Positions 25,903 to 39,647 of a stretch of 64,000 nt of DNA are shown here, in pieces (within the stretch, counting starts at the first letter, position 1; each line of letters begins with the position of its first letter). The notes beneath the pieces were generated by a model. It did not search any database. It had not been told where the DNA came from and was given only the letters and a program-made list of their open reading frames with translations. The position numbers and the translations under genes are program-made. The stretch comes from Octopus vulgaris. Its lineage: Eukaryota. Location of the stretch: assembly GCA_951406725.2 (NCBI GenBank), contig OX597814.1, forward strand, positions 81,840,001 to 81,904,000. The letters are read 5' to 3'.

Positions 25903-26451
25903 TTGCTAAAAAAAGACCACAGAATGAACACAATCCTCCAAACACACACGATCATAAAAAGTAAAAGACAGCCTAGATCCATGAAAAGTCTCCTAACACA
26001 AGCCCGAATTCACTCTTCAACACAGAAGCCGACAGTAAAAAAATGTGGAAGACCCAGTTGCGGGATATGCGACTATCTAATTGAGGGATCAGAGTTCTCC
26101 TTCAAACAGGGACAACGGTTTACAGTGAAAAGCAACTTAACATGTGCTTCGGAGAACCTAATATACTCACTAACCTGCTCCGGGTGTCAAGAGCAGTACA
26201 TAGGCCAAACAAAAAATGGTTTGCGTAAACGAATGGCCCTGCACAGATCCCAGATAAAAATTCCCCAAAACAGAAAAATAGCTTTTAGCCAACACATAGA
26301 TACTTGCGCCAACAAAAAAACACCAAACTTCAGAAATTTCCCCCTCTACCAATTTAGGGACGATACAACCTCGAGACAACGAATAAGTAAAGAAAATCTC
26401 TTTATTACAAAATACAAGCCACTTCTTAACGGGTCTACGACAAACAATTAA
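25903..26451 (+). pseudogene. PLE Cys-rich linker plus GIY-YIG endonuclease (open frame, truncated element)
   Basis: KKCGRPSCGICDYL...NLTCASENLIYSLTCSGCQEQYIGQTKNGLRKRMALH...KENLFITKYKPLLN. Confidence 0.85.
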
Positions 26452-27110
26452 TATACCTCAACTTTAGAATAAAAGAAATATATACACACACAAATATTAC
26501 ACTCCATAGAATCCATTACTAATCAGCCCCATCACAGCTATACTTACACCCATTCATATTCTCCCTTCTCTGTTTTTTTCTTCTTCTTCTTCCTCTTCTT
26601 CTTCATCATCATCATTATCATCATCATCATCGTCATCATCATCACCACCATCATCACCACCACCTTCTCCTTCTCCTTCTTCTTCTTCTTCTTCTTCTTC
26701 TTCTTCTTCTTCTTCTTCTTCTTCTTCATCATCATCATCATCATCAACATCGTCATCTTCTTCTTCTACTTCTCCACCTTCCACCCCTTAACCTTGTCAC
26801 TAATGTCTTTCAGTATAACGCCTACGCAAATTCCATAAACAATTCCTGAATTGAACTGCGACTACTGTCAGCCACTGACCATTCAAAATACGACCATTAA
26901 GGCATTCCCAGATTTCCCCACCCCTCTCCACATCAGCCTCCTTATTCTTCACCTATCCTACCAAGAACTCAAAACGACCTCGAACACATAAGTGCAAACA
27001 AGGGAGTCAGAGAAAGGCAGAATGCTACTTATATCTGAACACTACTACAGAAATATTCTTTAAAAAAAACTTTTCTTCTAATTTTTCTAAATTTAATTAT
27101 TTAATCGTTA

Positions 27111-27148
27111 CAGTTGAAAAGGTCTCAAAATGACCGAAACCGGTACTG
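27111..27148 (+). ncRNA. Minimal type-I hammerhead, U3:A8 variant
   Basis: CAG-TTGAAAA-GGTC-TCAAAAT-GACC-GAAA-CCGG-TA-CTG. Confidence 0.68.
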
Positions 27149-27196
27149 AAAGATTCACTATAAAATTATCTTAGCATTTTCTATTTTTGACTTGTT

Positions 27197-27276
<80 letters not shown>

Positions 27277-27712
27277 GTATGTATATATATGTATATTATA
27301 AAACGACACAATATTTGTAAACATACCCCAAGGTTTTGTAAGTTACGGAGAAAAAACATTTTAATTGGAGTATATATATCATTATGTAGTTATTATTATA
27401 TAAAAGAATTTCATACCCGCTTTTTCTCCGTAACTTACAGACCTTTGGGGGTTTGTTTACAAATATTATATGTAGTATTAGACAGTTATGTATCTATACA
27501 TATAATTTGACTGAATTTGATGGGTGAGCGTGTTGGCCCAATCAGATGCGCAAGGAACCATGTAAGCGTTGATTTGTGGGTTCGATTCTGGCCTTGGTTA
27601 TCTCATCATTTTTCAGTCAATAGGTTAGATAAATGTCGCTTTAATTCGGAGTATATATATCATTATAATGATATATATTATTATATAATTATTATTGTAT
27701 ATATATATATAT

Positions 27713-27789
<77 letters not shown>

Positions 27790-27825
27790 GCGTGTGTGTG
27801 TATATATATGTATACTTATACACAC

Positions 27826-27868
<43 letters not shown>

Positions 27869-28208
27869 CATGCGCACACATATATACATATACGGCGATA
27901 AGTTGAATGACATGGTTCACCTCTTAAGTTATTTAATTGTCTAGATTAAAATTTTTTTAAATATTATTTGTTTTCCTCACTCCCTTTTTCCCGACCTGCT
28001 GAATTGTACTCGTAGTCAACGATCTAATGATGCTTGTTTTTATTCTTTTAAACGTGTTATGCTAATGAAGCTATTGTATATTCTGTAGAATATAGTTTGA
28101 TTTAGCAAACTCTTTGCGTTTATACCTGAGGAGTCTTCTCTCAGTCACCAGTGTTGCTGAAATAATACTGATGCAATGTAACATATTTGATGTATCTAAC
28201 GCATTATA

Positions 28209-28776
28209 TTGAGTCATCTCATAAATAATGCGTTTTTTTCAATATCATGAACTAAAATTCAGAGGAGGACGGGATAAGCTATTTGCATCAACTTGCTATA
28301 AAAGTAGGTAGTAATCTCACCTTGTCCTTATTCTTAGTGTAAGTTTTGAAGAGTGCAGTTGGATTTTAATAGTTATATTTTCAAAGCTATAATGGAAGTT
28401 GACAAAGGAGCATATTCTGTTTGTTGGGATATGAAATGTTTAGTCCACTTTGAACTTCTAAACCTAAACCAAACAAGCGGCTTAAATCAGCGCTAGAAGA
28501 AAAAACGACCATCTTTGGTTTCAAGACGAAAGGTGTTCTTCCATCAGAAGAAAAAATATGAAATCTGTAGACGAGGTCAGAACAGTACTGGAGGAGTATT
28601 TTTCGTCACGAACAAGTGAATTTTGAAAGAGGGAGGGCCTTGCAAATCTGCCTCATGGATCGAAGAGCATTGTTGAAAATGAAGGAGAGTATATTTTAGA
28701 TTTAAAAAAAGTTTGTTTATCTTTATTTTGAAAAATAAAAGTATAAAAAACCCGCATTATTTATGGGATGACCCAA
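28209..28776 (+). mobile_element. Mariner internal-deletion derivative
   Basis: TIRs TTGAGTCATCTCATAAATAATGCG and (reverse complement) TTGGGTCATCCCATAAATAATGCG with TA TSDs. C-terminal peptide MKSVDEVRTVLEEYFSSRTSEF...KSIVENEGEYILD. Confidence 0.82.
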
Positions 28777-29060
28777 TATTGCTGTAAGTATTTGCTGGTA
28801 AGGTGGAGACGAAGCAATTGTAGTACGATGCAAAATTGCGTCTTTGCTCAATCCAATCTCTCTTCTCTCTACTTTCTCTTCAACATATACTCTAAGAATA
28901 TTCGTGAATTTCTGGATGTATCTGTTGTAATACGATCTGTTTTCATTGTGAAATTGCACCTGATTGCCGATACCAGTTGACCATATTTTTTAAAAGCAAA
29001 CTATAAGGGTGATGGCCAAACTGAATTGATATATTGCAGTATGTTTAATATATATGTATG

Positions 29061-29155
<95 letters not shown>

Positions 29156-29858
29156 AAAAAATATATATAAAAATACAAAATGGGACAAGAACGCAAAACA
29201 CTCAAATAGACGACACAAAAAACGGACGGGTGATTCGAAGCCTCTAATCTTCAGTCAAGAACCGGATCATCCTCGCAATTTCGGCTGATTAATCTTGAAA
29301 TCGCTCCGATCCGGCCAGCCCCAATGAAAAACTAAGCTACGAGCATTAGATTTCTTGGAGAAAGGCTCGAATGTATACGAAACAAGGACAGAAAACCGGA
29401 CGATGCCACACGAATATAAATACAAAAAAAAAACAATAATAGTAATAACAGGACAAAAACAGCGGGTGTCTTACGACTTTAGACAGTTCAACTTAGCTTA
29501 GCTGGCGTATTTGGAATATAATGCCTTACGGCAGACGAAGAAATCGATGTTGTCGTGGCGGTGCTCAGAAGCCGAAAGGCTAGTTGACCGGCGGTCACGT
29601 GAGAGGAGAAAAGAGAGAAAAAAGGGGCAAAGGAATCAAAGAAAGAGAGAAAAAGAGGGACAAAGGCACCAAAAGAGGGGGAGAAGAGAGAGAAAGAAGG
29701 AATTAAAGAGGGAAGAAGAAAGAGAGCGTGCCAAGGATTGGCTTGACGACAGAAAGGCAGGGGCAGTGAGGTGCAAAGTGAAAAAGACAGAGAAATGTGA
29801 GAGAGTGGGGGAAGAGGAGACCAAAGAATCAGACATATATATATATATATATATATGT

Positions 29859-29900
29859 ACCGTATTTGATGGCCTGTAAGACGCACCTTTTTTTTACCCA
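29859..29900 (+). mobile_element. Solo Tc2/pogo-like TIR
   Basis: TA-CCGTATTTGATGGCCTGTAAGACGCACC; no partner TIR seen. Confidence 0.35.
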
Positions 29901-30524
29901 CAAATTGCATCCAATTAACTTAATGTGGGCTCAAAATTCGCGACTGTTGGCTGAAATTATACATTAGAGCTCATGTATTTTTACAAAACGGTATGTTTAT
30001 ATCGAATCTGAATGCGATAAATTGCGTATTATTACCTGCTGTTAACCACAATGGATCACATATCAGAAGACAAACACAATGTTTATATGCATCAAATTCA
30101 TTCAACCCCACCCGAGCCTTACTGTCTTTTATGCGGAAATATATGCACATCTGTTACACTGCTGAATATACATTTGAAACAAATGTTAACTGCTGTAAAT
30201 GGTCGATCGCGTTTTCAAAGGGTAGTCATATTAATCTCGATGCGACAAGCACAAGCTCCATCAACCCTCACAGACTACAGCTGTTCTTTAATGCATCTTC
30301 CATTACGATGTATCTTTGACGAAGGTTCAAGAGTGCATCTCCTGTTGTTGATATCCTTGACCATATTTTGTGCCAAATTTGAGATGAGTGACACTTCTCA
30401 GAATTTTCTATTTCTATTTTTACATGATAAAATTGCTTGTATTTTATAAGATTGCGGCAACCCTAGAATCTCCAAGACCATCCTCATACTCCAAAGAAAA
30501 TCAAATACACATACACAAACACAT

Positions 30525-30573
<49 letters not shown>

Positions 30574-30805
30574 GTTATATATAAAATGCTTGAATCTCTT
30601 TAACAAATCACAATAATGACTTTTATTACTTTTATTCCTACCTCAGTTCATCTAATTGTATATATCTTTCGTTACTTTTCATAAAAAGCCTTTACTTTTC
30701 TTTTGATTTCCAATGTGCATTTTCGTTTATTTTTCTTACTTTCCCCTTACATTACCACGTGTAGTTTCTATTTTCTTTTTGTAACGTATTTCTATTATAT
30801 ATATA

Positions 30806-31804
30806 TTAGCTTTTAAGCTAGCTCCTGTGGATGACTCTTCATTGAGCCTTGGACCCAACAATAACACTTCATGTATTGAGTACATATTAAATTTGATTAA
30901 ACTTGAATAATATTTTTCAAGCAATGAACAATTTTCATCAAAACAATGATATAGACTTGGAACTTATTGCAAAGCTGCATGATAAACAACATTTTTTGTT
31001 TTCCCATTCGGGGTCAGTACAAATAGCCTGTTTCCGTTCTCTACTCTTGAACAACCAACATACAACTGTCCGTAGGCAACAATAAACTTACCTTTTAAAA
31101 GTTCAACCATAGTTGTTTTGCCGCCACTTAATTTAAAGACAATTTGATGTACGTAGGGCCTTACTTTTCGTACAAACAATTATTTGTAGTAGCTGGTATG
31201 TAGCTAAACTTCTGTTCGTAGTTTGAAGGAAAATTACACCAATGTCGCTAAACACTATTTTAAAGTGCGATTTTTATGGCTTGGAATTGCTATAAACGTA
31301 TTTGACCATAAAGATGATTTTTAGTATTTTTAAGGTAATAATAAAATTAGTCGAATCTGTTTTCATGCGGTCGGAGTGCGCTAAGTTTCTATAGCTCCGA
31401 CGACCGACGGCATGAAAATAGGTCCGACAAATTTTAGTAATATCTGAAAAAATACTAGGTAGAGAATTATGAGAGGTAATATTATATGAGAGAGTGAGTT
31501 CAATATGTATTTCAGAAACGAACGTTATGACGCACGTGTTATGGTTAAATTACTTGATACAGTTATAATATTTAGAGAAATATTTTTTCAAAATGTTATG
31601 AGTAAAAAAAAACCAAGAATGAAGAATAGTAGAAGAGTCATTGAATAGTGAGAGAGGGGTAAAGCATGAGGAATAGTAGATGTGTCATTGAATAGTGAGA
31701 GAGGGGGTCGGAGGAATAAAGTTGAAAAAGTGTGACACACTAACACACTGACATTCGCTATCGCATTTATAATAATAATAATAATGATGATGATGATAAT
31801 AATG

Positions 31805-31860
<56 letters not shown>

Positions 31861-32116
31861 TATTATTATTATTATTATTATATATTCATACATAAAACTA
31901 CATCAGGTTTGGTAAAGAAAAGGTGATTCACGTACCTACCTTATCGCGGTTGTGATTACAGAATATATATATATATATATATGTACATACATAGATACAC
32001 ACACACACACACACAAAACTACATCAGGTTTGGTAAAGAAAAGGTGATCACGTACCAACCTTGTCGCTGTCGTGATTACGGACAGACAGAGAGGCAAAGA
32101 ATTTTATATAGAGAGA
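30806..32116 (-). mobile_element. Helitron derivative with PIF1-helicase C-terminal remnant
   Basis: AYGQLYVGCSRVENGNRLFVLTPNGKTKNVVYHAALQ* (30964-31080); 5' end A|TCTCTCTATATAAAATTC at 32116; probable CTAA|T end near 30806. A second helicase remnant lies at 34461-34580. Confidence 0.65.
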
Positions 32117-32189
32117 TTAAGCACATGTTTTAAAAGTTAATTTAAGATTAGTTCGATAATGTGCACTCCTACGAGGAGTACACATTATC

Positions 32190-32620
32190 AAATTGCCCCA
32201 TCAATGACCTGAATTGTGCCAGAGGACCTATGGTGTCTACAAGATCATCTGTGGCAAATGTGGTGCATCCTACATAGGAAGCACAACAAGAAAACTGCAT
32301 GTACTTATAAAGGAACACATGCAGACAGACACTTCCGTGAAGAAATATCCACGGAAATGCCAGACCCGGGAATTCACAGTGCACATCAGGACGACACAGA
32401 GGAACAGGGGCAACCCTAGAATCTCTGAGGCCATCCTCATACACGAAAGGAAACCAAATATCAACAACAGAAGAAAGCTACAGGAAGTTAGCTGGTTGCT
32501 ATAGCAACACCTTTCCGCGCATGTCCACTTCACACACGCTCACACACGCATATCAGCAACATTCGTCAGTTTCTTGAAAATGGGGTCATAATTCCGAAAT
32601 ATTGAATGCAAGGTAAATCT
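32190..32620 (+). mobile_element. Penelope-like fragment: GIY-YIG end plus hammerhead-like motif
   Basis: GVYKIICGKCGASYIGSTTRKLHVLIKEH...ISEAILIHERKPNINNR, followed by TTC-TTGAAAA-T-GGGG-TCATAA-TTCC-GAAA-TA-TT-GAA at 32571-32606. Confidence 0.8.
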
Positions 32621-32694
32621 ACATTAATATATATATTTGTTTTCTTGGGATTTGTCTTGCATTTACTTCGCATTGTCCTAGTCTTACCCACGAT

Positions 32695-32746
<52 letters not shown>

Positions 32747-32836
32747 TGTGTGTGGAGGTGTGGGGGTGTACGTTCACTGTGAAGAAATTAGAATGCTCAG
32801 AGCGAGCCCTGCCGACTTGCATACGAAAAGCATGGA

Positions 32837-32867
<31 letters not shown>

Positions 32868-33874
32868 CTTCACAGTGAACGTACACACGCACACATACCC
32901 ACACACATGTACCCACGCGGGTACACTTGGAGAACTCAATTATAATGCGAGATATGACTATCGCAGCGAGTAGTAAAGACCACCTAGGATTATTTGAGGT
33001 AAGCAACCCCTATGTATTTCATCCGATGGGTAAATCCTGGGTTCTCTTCAATGGATTATGAATAGGTTACAGAGTGGGTATCCAAGACAGTTATAATGAT
33101 TACGGGAATTAATACCTTTGCATATTTCTTTTAGTCTTACACTGAATTATACAGCATATTTAATTCAAGCCTGTCCGACTCGGTTCTGCTGCATAGTTTC
33201 ATTCATCTGGTTAGCAGTCTATGCAGTTTCATTCAAGGTCCATCCACTGTCGTGGTTTGGAGCTTCAAAGGTATACAGAGTTGTTAATTTTTGTTGTCAT
33301 TGTAATTGTCTTATATTTATATATATATATATAATTGCTTATAATTACCTGTGGCTAACCACAACGGATCACATATCAGAAGACAAACACAATGTTTTGT
33401 GTGTATCCAATTCATTCAACCGCACCCGAGCGTTACTGTCTTTCATGCGAAAATGTATGCACATCTGCTGCACTGTTGAATATACATTTGAAACATATGT
33501 ACATGGTTGTAGCGAAGTTGCCTGCGGTAAATGGTCGATTGCGTTCTCAAAAGGCAGTCTTATTAACCTCGAGGCGACAAACACAAGATCATTACATGAA
33601 TGCAGCTCAATCAACCCTCACAGACTACAGCTGTTCTTTAATGCATCTTCCATCACTACGCATGTTTGACGAAGGTTCAAGTGTGCATCTCCTGTTGTTG
33701 ATATCCTTGACCAAATTTTGTGCCAAATTTGAAATGAGTGACACTTCTCAGAATTTTCTATTTCAATTTTTACATGATAAAATTGCGTATATTTTATGAG
33801 ACTGCGGCAACCCTAGAATCTCTGAGGCCATCCTCATGCACTAAAGAAGACCAAATACGCACACAGAAACACAT

Positions 33875-33973
<99 letters not shown>

Positions 33974-34097
33974 CATACATATACGTATACACATGTATAT
34001 ACATACATACATGCACACACACACACACAGATATATTGATAAAAATGGTAAGACAACAACAGAAAGAGACTTCGATATTATGTAAATAGAGGAATTT

Positions 34098-34219
34098 ATC
34101 TGTAAATGTAATATGTGACAATTATTCGGTTGCCATGATAAAACTCCTAGTTTCGGCATCCGAAACTCGGAGTTTTATCATGGCTACCGAATAATTGTCA
34201 CATATTACATTTACAGATA
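34098..34219. mobile_element. Hairpin PLE-terminus insertion, folded back within the HHR 3' half
   Basis: atctgtaaatgtaatatgtgacaattattcgg...tttcg-gcatc-cgaaactcggagttttatcatgg...catttacagat. Confidence 0.65.
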
Positions 34220-34266
34220 TATATATATATATATATATACACTTGTGTATGCACAGGTTAAACGTA

Positions 34267-34305
<39 letters not shown>

Positions 34306-34814
34306 CTTTTAAGCTAGCGCCTGTGGAGGGTTCTTCATTGAGCCTTGGACCCAACAATAACACTTCATGCATTGAGTACATATTAAATTTTATTAAACTT
34401 GACCAATATTTTTCAAGCAATGAACAATTTTCATCAAAACAATGATATAGACTTGGAACTTATTGTAAAGCTGGATGATAAACAACATTTCTTGTCTTCC
34501 TATTCGGGGTCAGTACAAATAGCCTGTTTCCGTTCTTTACTCTTGAACAACCAACATATAGCTGGCCGTAGGCAACAATAAACTTACCTTTTAAGAGTCA
34601 ACCATAGTTGTTTTGCCGCCACTTAATTTAAAGACAATTTGATGTACGCAGGACCTTACTTTTCGTACAAACAATTATTTGTAGTAGCTGGTATGTAGCT
34701 AAACTTCTGTTCGTAGTTTGAAGGAAAATCACATCGATGTTGCTAAACACTATCTTAAAGTGCGATTTTTATGGCTTGGAATTGTTATAAACGTATTTGA
34801 CCATAACGATGTTT

Positions 34815-34882
<68 letters not shown>

Positions 34883-35004
34883 TCTCTGATTATACATTGG
34901 TCAGTCAAGCTTGTACAGCGCGCCGCATATTTTCAGTCAGACAGTCATTCAGGATCTCGCTTTTTCTCTCTTTATTCCTCTCTGGATACAGACACACACA
35001 CACG

Positions 35005-35044
<40 letters not shown>

Positions 35045-35047
<3 letters not shown>

Positions 35048-35218
35048 GGAGTAAACACATAAATGTGAAACAAGGTGGGAAAAAAGAGTACTCAAATACC
35101 AGCGGTAGAGTAATATGCTTTATTTAAAGCAGCAGAAAATTCAACAAAACCTGTTACTCTGAGTAACGTGAAACTCAGAGTAACAAGTCTTGTTGAATTT
35201 TCTGCTGCTTTAAATAAA

Positions 35219-35219
<1 letters not shown>
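35045..35219 (-). mobile_element. Hairpin PLE-terminus insertion (family of 55409-55632)
   Basis: Arms ctttatttaaagcagcagaaaattcaacaa...gttactctgagt and actcagagtaac...ttctgctgctttaaataaag, inside (TA)n. Confidence 0.75.
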
Positions 35220-35286
<67 letters not shown>

Positions 35287-35300
35287 ACATACGTATATAC

Positions 35301-35350
<50 letters not shown>

Positions 35351-35536
35351 TATGTATGTATGCATGTGTGTGTGTGTATTTATGTGTGTCTGAGTTTGTA
35401 CCCTCACATTCGCTTGATAACCGATGTCGGTGTGTTTACATCCCCGTAACTTAGGGGTTCGGCAAACGAGAATAACTACTAGGCTTACAAAGAATAAGTC
35501 CTAGGGTCATGGCTTGAAACAGGTAAAAGAATAAAA

Positions 35537-35589
<53 letters not shown>

Positions 35590-35831
35590 CACACATACAC
35601 ACATATATATATTTACGTATACACTTACATATATACGTATTGTGTTATAGAATAAAAGTACCTACGTACTTATGCATGTATGTATGTATGTATGTATGTA
35701 TGTATGTATGTATGTATGTATGTATGTATGTACATAGACCCACCACACGCGCACAGTGGCTGCAACAGTTTGCATAGAGTTACATAATGCTGGGTCGAAA
35801 GTGAACATGTGTAATAAGTGATAATTGATTT

Positions 35832-35877
<46 letters not shown>

Positions 35878-36476
35878 AGTTATATATACTAACACAATCA
35901 CACGTAATTTACACCTACTTACTCTTTGTATCATATTTATTGATTTTGAACATAGGCACAAGGCCATTCACTTTTATCTTGGGCGAGGGAAACATAAATG
36001 TGTCGGTCCCAGTAATTAATTGGAGAAAATGTATCGACCTCATAACTTTGTTTGAAAAGTTTTATCGATTCCATCGGAAGCATGAAAGCGAAATTGAACG
36101 CCGGTCTCTTCTGATCTGAGGACGCAAGTAAATATCGCGGTGTCCTCCACTTTAGGGTAAACTAGTATATGTTTAAATTAACGTTAAGATATAGACGTAT
36201 GCATATCTGTCTGTCTAACTGCCTGCCTCTCTGCCCGTGTGCCAGTCTGTCTGTCTGTTTGACTACATGTCTATATGTACGGCGTAATTTTAGTAATAAA
36301 GACAAAACAAATGGATGCTTTTAATATTACCCAACACGTATTTATTTTATTGATTCCAATATGATGATAGACAGTTTACGTCGGTGGAATTTAAATTCAG
36401 AGTGTAGAGTCAAAAGAAATACTGCTGAGCATATTATCTGACGTGCCAGCAATTCTGCTAGCTCGTCGCTGTCTCA

Positions 36477-36477
<1 letters not shown>

Positions 36478-36529
<52 letters not shown>

Positions 36530-36530
36530 C

Positions 36531-36615
<85 letters not shown>

Positions 36616-36700
36616 CGACGACGACGACGACAAGAACAATAACAACAACAGCAGCAGCAGCAACAACAACAACAACAACAGTAACAACAACAACAATAAC

Positions 36701-36753
<53 letters not shown>

Positions 36754-36776
36754 CAACAACAATAACAATAACAATG

Positions 36777-36831
<55 letters not shown>

Positions 36832-36848
36832 TAATAATAATATAATAC

Positions 36849-36909
<61 letters not shown>
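36478..36909. repeat. Compound trinucleotide array (AAT/GAT/GAC/AAC/AGC)
   Basis: Directly visible; abuts a SINE B head at 36340-36475. Confidence 0.95.
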
Positions 36910-36910
<1 letters not shown>

Positions 36911-39469
36911 GGATAGTTTTTTCTGCTCTCTCGATGAAAGGAACATCTCGCAAATTGTCAGTAACTTTAGAAATAAAACTGTTAAATTCTATCGTAAATC
37001 TCACTGACCCGCTTCTCATGTTTCTCAGATACCTTAAGCTAATATACCTTAACGTTGAAATTGTGATGATACTTGATTGACAACTGATGATGGATCAAGC
37101 ATGTTTGACTCCATTGTGATGTGTGTTTTCTTTCCCTTTCTTTCCCTCCCTGTTTCTATCTTTCCATATGTTTGTTTGTCGTTCTCCTGTATCACATTTT
37201 AATTATTTGTATTATACATTCCTAAACGCGGAGAACTTTATTCACTGCGGGTCCATAATAAATAAACTACACCTTATTCATAAGAAAAAAGAAGAAAAGG
37301 AAAACAAAAAAAGGTAAGAAAATCATTGTCATATCGAAGTATATCTGCCTTTGTCTGTTCTTAAAGACCATAACTTCATTAAAAGAACCTGTCACATCAA
37401 GGAACACCACCATAAAGTCCAACTACAGTATAGCTTCTAAACCTACAATTCCATCCCCGCACGCAAATACATAGTTACAACCTTTCGAGGACGACCAAAT
37501 GACTTTTTCTATTTTCATTAAATAGATTTACTTCAGAAAATACAAGTAACTGCTTCTAAGACGACCAAGACGAGAGGAATGCAGACAAAACAATTACCTG
37601 GAGGATATATGTTCACTCTGATAAGATGAACAATTTCTATGATATCGACGACGTTAACAAATAAGTGCGTGACCTAGAGGCTAGGCTTGTCGGTTCAAGA
37701 TCATAAGGTCATGGTTTCAACCCCTGTACTGGCGGCGCATAGTATTTTCGATTACAGCTCATTTCATGTTGCATCATTCTACTCAGCTGAAACTGAGTAA
37801 CAGCCTGTTGCTTGTGCAGCCCTTCCCCCTTCTCCCTCCAGTTGTTACGTCCTCGGTTTTCCGTTGGGTCAAGTCTGAGAAGTTCGAGAAAGGGTAAGCG
37901 GCAACTTGCGGCTACATAGATGCAGACAACAATTAGCGACAGCATTTTACATGTTACCAGCACATCCTTGCGCGTGATAGCTGGTCGTACGGCCAACTGC
38001 TTGCAAGAACGTTGCTGACTGTGACTTCGAAGTTTCGGCCAGCTAAGTCATTGTCGGACTGTCGACAAACAACATTCATAATATATACATATATAAGTTT
38101 CAAAAATTAAACAAGCATGACAAAAATGAATGAAAAATACATCTACAAGATATGGTTATGCTCCTTTCCTCGTCAGTTATCGCCCCAAAATTATTTACAA
38201 TTTCACATCTTTAACAATAATATTGTTCATTTTCGGTGGATTGAGCAGTTAAAAACTGATGGGAATAGTGAGCGAACTTTGAGGGTAGTGACGAGAACAA
38301 ACGACACAGGCAGTGATACGAATATAAATAGCCAAACAACATAAAATACACAATATACAAACAAAATAAAGGCTGTACGGATAAAAAAAGAAAAGAAAGG
38401 ACAAGACGTGTGTATGAGTAATATATATGTATATTTACATGTAGCTGAACGATTACAACACCAGTCTGCTAGAAATAGACCCCGAATAGTCTAGGAATCC
38501 CTTAGGTTATTACTCCACTACACGAGGTTGCATATAGGGTGCAGCACTATACCAATAACGAGCTGTCGGAAGATCTGCCTAGGGGTAAACTAGTAGTAAC
38601 ACGGAACAGCCACTTTGATGTGGCGATTAATTTTACTTGTTAGTATAGTTACTAATCTAATCTCTTGAGATTTTACGACTAACTATTTTGGTTGTTGAAA
38701 TCAGTGACTCATTGTCGCTTTGTTTATAATATATTGCTGGCTGGAGCGGATCCTGGCTATCACTCTGGTGGCCAGAGTGATAGCTGGCTATCATTCTGGT
38801 TGGCTCACGACTGAGAACGAGCCAACCAGCTCGAAATTGAGTCAGTTTCCCGATCCTGTTGTCTGCTAGACAACATTCATACACTCACAGACATACACAG
38901 ACATACACTACACACTCATACACACAACAGACACATACACACTCGTATACAAAATGTGATGTTGTTGTCGTCGTCGTGGTGGTATAAAATGTCGTGTACT
39001 ATGACAATAGAAAGATTATCTCTATAAAATGTTATATTCTTTTAATCGACGTGAAAAAAATTAAATGTTGACAATCGTGGGATGTGATACTACTACCTTG
39101 TAAAATTTGAGTTGATTTCGTGGAGCCGTTTGATATATATATAGTTTAATCAAATAGAAGCACATGTACGAACTGCTCATTTAACGGTAAATGCCACAAT
39201 AATTATTATAAATAAATTTCTTACTAATATATATCAAGCATATGCATTAAATGTTAATTTAAGGATTCATATATAACTGTAAATATCTTGCAAACTTGCA
39301 ACTGCTGCGATAAATATTAATTGATAACTAAACGGTAAAAGTGTATTTTATATACCTTGGACTTATCACATTACAATTAAAAGTGAAAAAATAAAAGTGA
39401 AACAATATTCACTTTCGACACGTAATAGCAAACCGGTGTAAAAGATTGCTCCGGGCCCGCATTAGGCAA

Positions 39470-39605
39470 GGAGTTGAAAATTATTTTGGACCATGATACT
39501 CCATGGACCCTAAATACTACATGTGTAAAATTTGAATAAAATCGGTTGGGTAGTTCTCGAGTTTTAGGGATTCACACATACAGGCAAACAGACAGACATT
39601 CTCAG

Positions 39606-39610
<5 letters not shown>
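39470..39610 (-). mobile_element. Helitron-like 5' fragment
   Basis: atgtgtaaaatttgaataaaatcggttgggtagttctcgagtttta...cagacagacattctcagttt resembles the end of the 43926-44298 element. Confidence 0.4.

Positions 39611-39647
<37 letters not shown>

Larger units (their letters stand above)
25311..27200 (+). mobile_element. Neptune-like Penelope retroelement, 5'-truncated, with inverted pLTR and an internal inversion
   Basis: 25311-25570 is the reverse complement of 26941-27200. The post-RT region is on the minus strand (25571-25890) and the GIY-YIG ORF on the plus strand. There is an HHR in each pLTR arm, and (TA)n flanks both ends. Confidence 0.88.
30030..34810. repeat. Local diverged duplication: 30030-30520 with 33345-33870, and 30800-31310 with 34300-34810
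   Basis: Long alignable blocks, e.g. caccctcacagactacagctgttctttaatgcatcttcc-like and attgagccttggacccaacaataacacttcatg in both copies. Confidence 0.9.

Noticed and set aside
26544-26784. Poly-acidic / poly-Lys ORFs
   Set aside because: A (CTT)/(CAT) trinucleotide block within the PLE 3' region.
29488-29910. Lys/Arg/Glu-rich ORF
   Set aside because: Purine-rich low-complexity stretch of a repeat; no domain motif.
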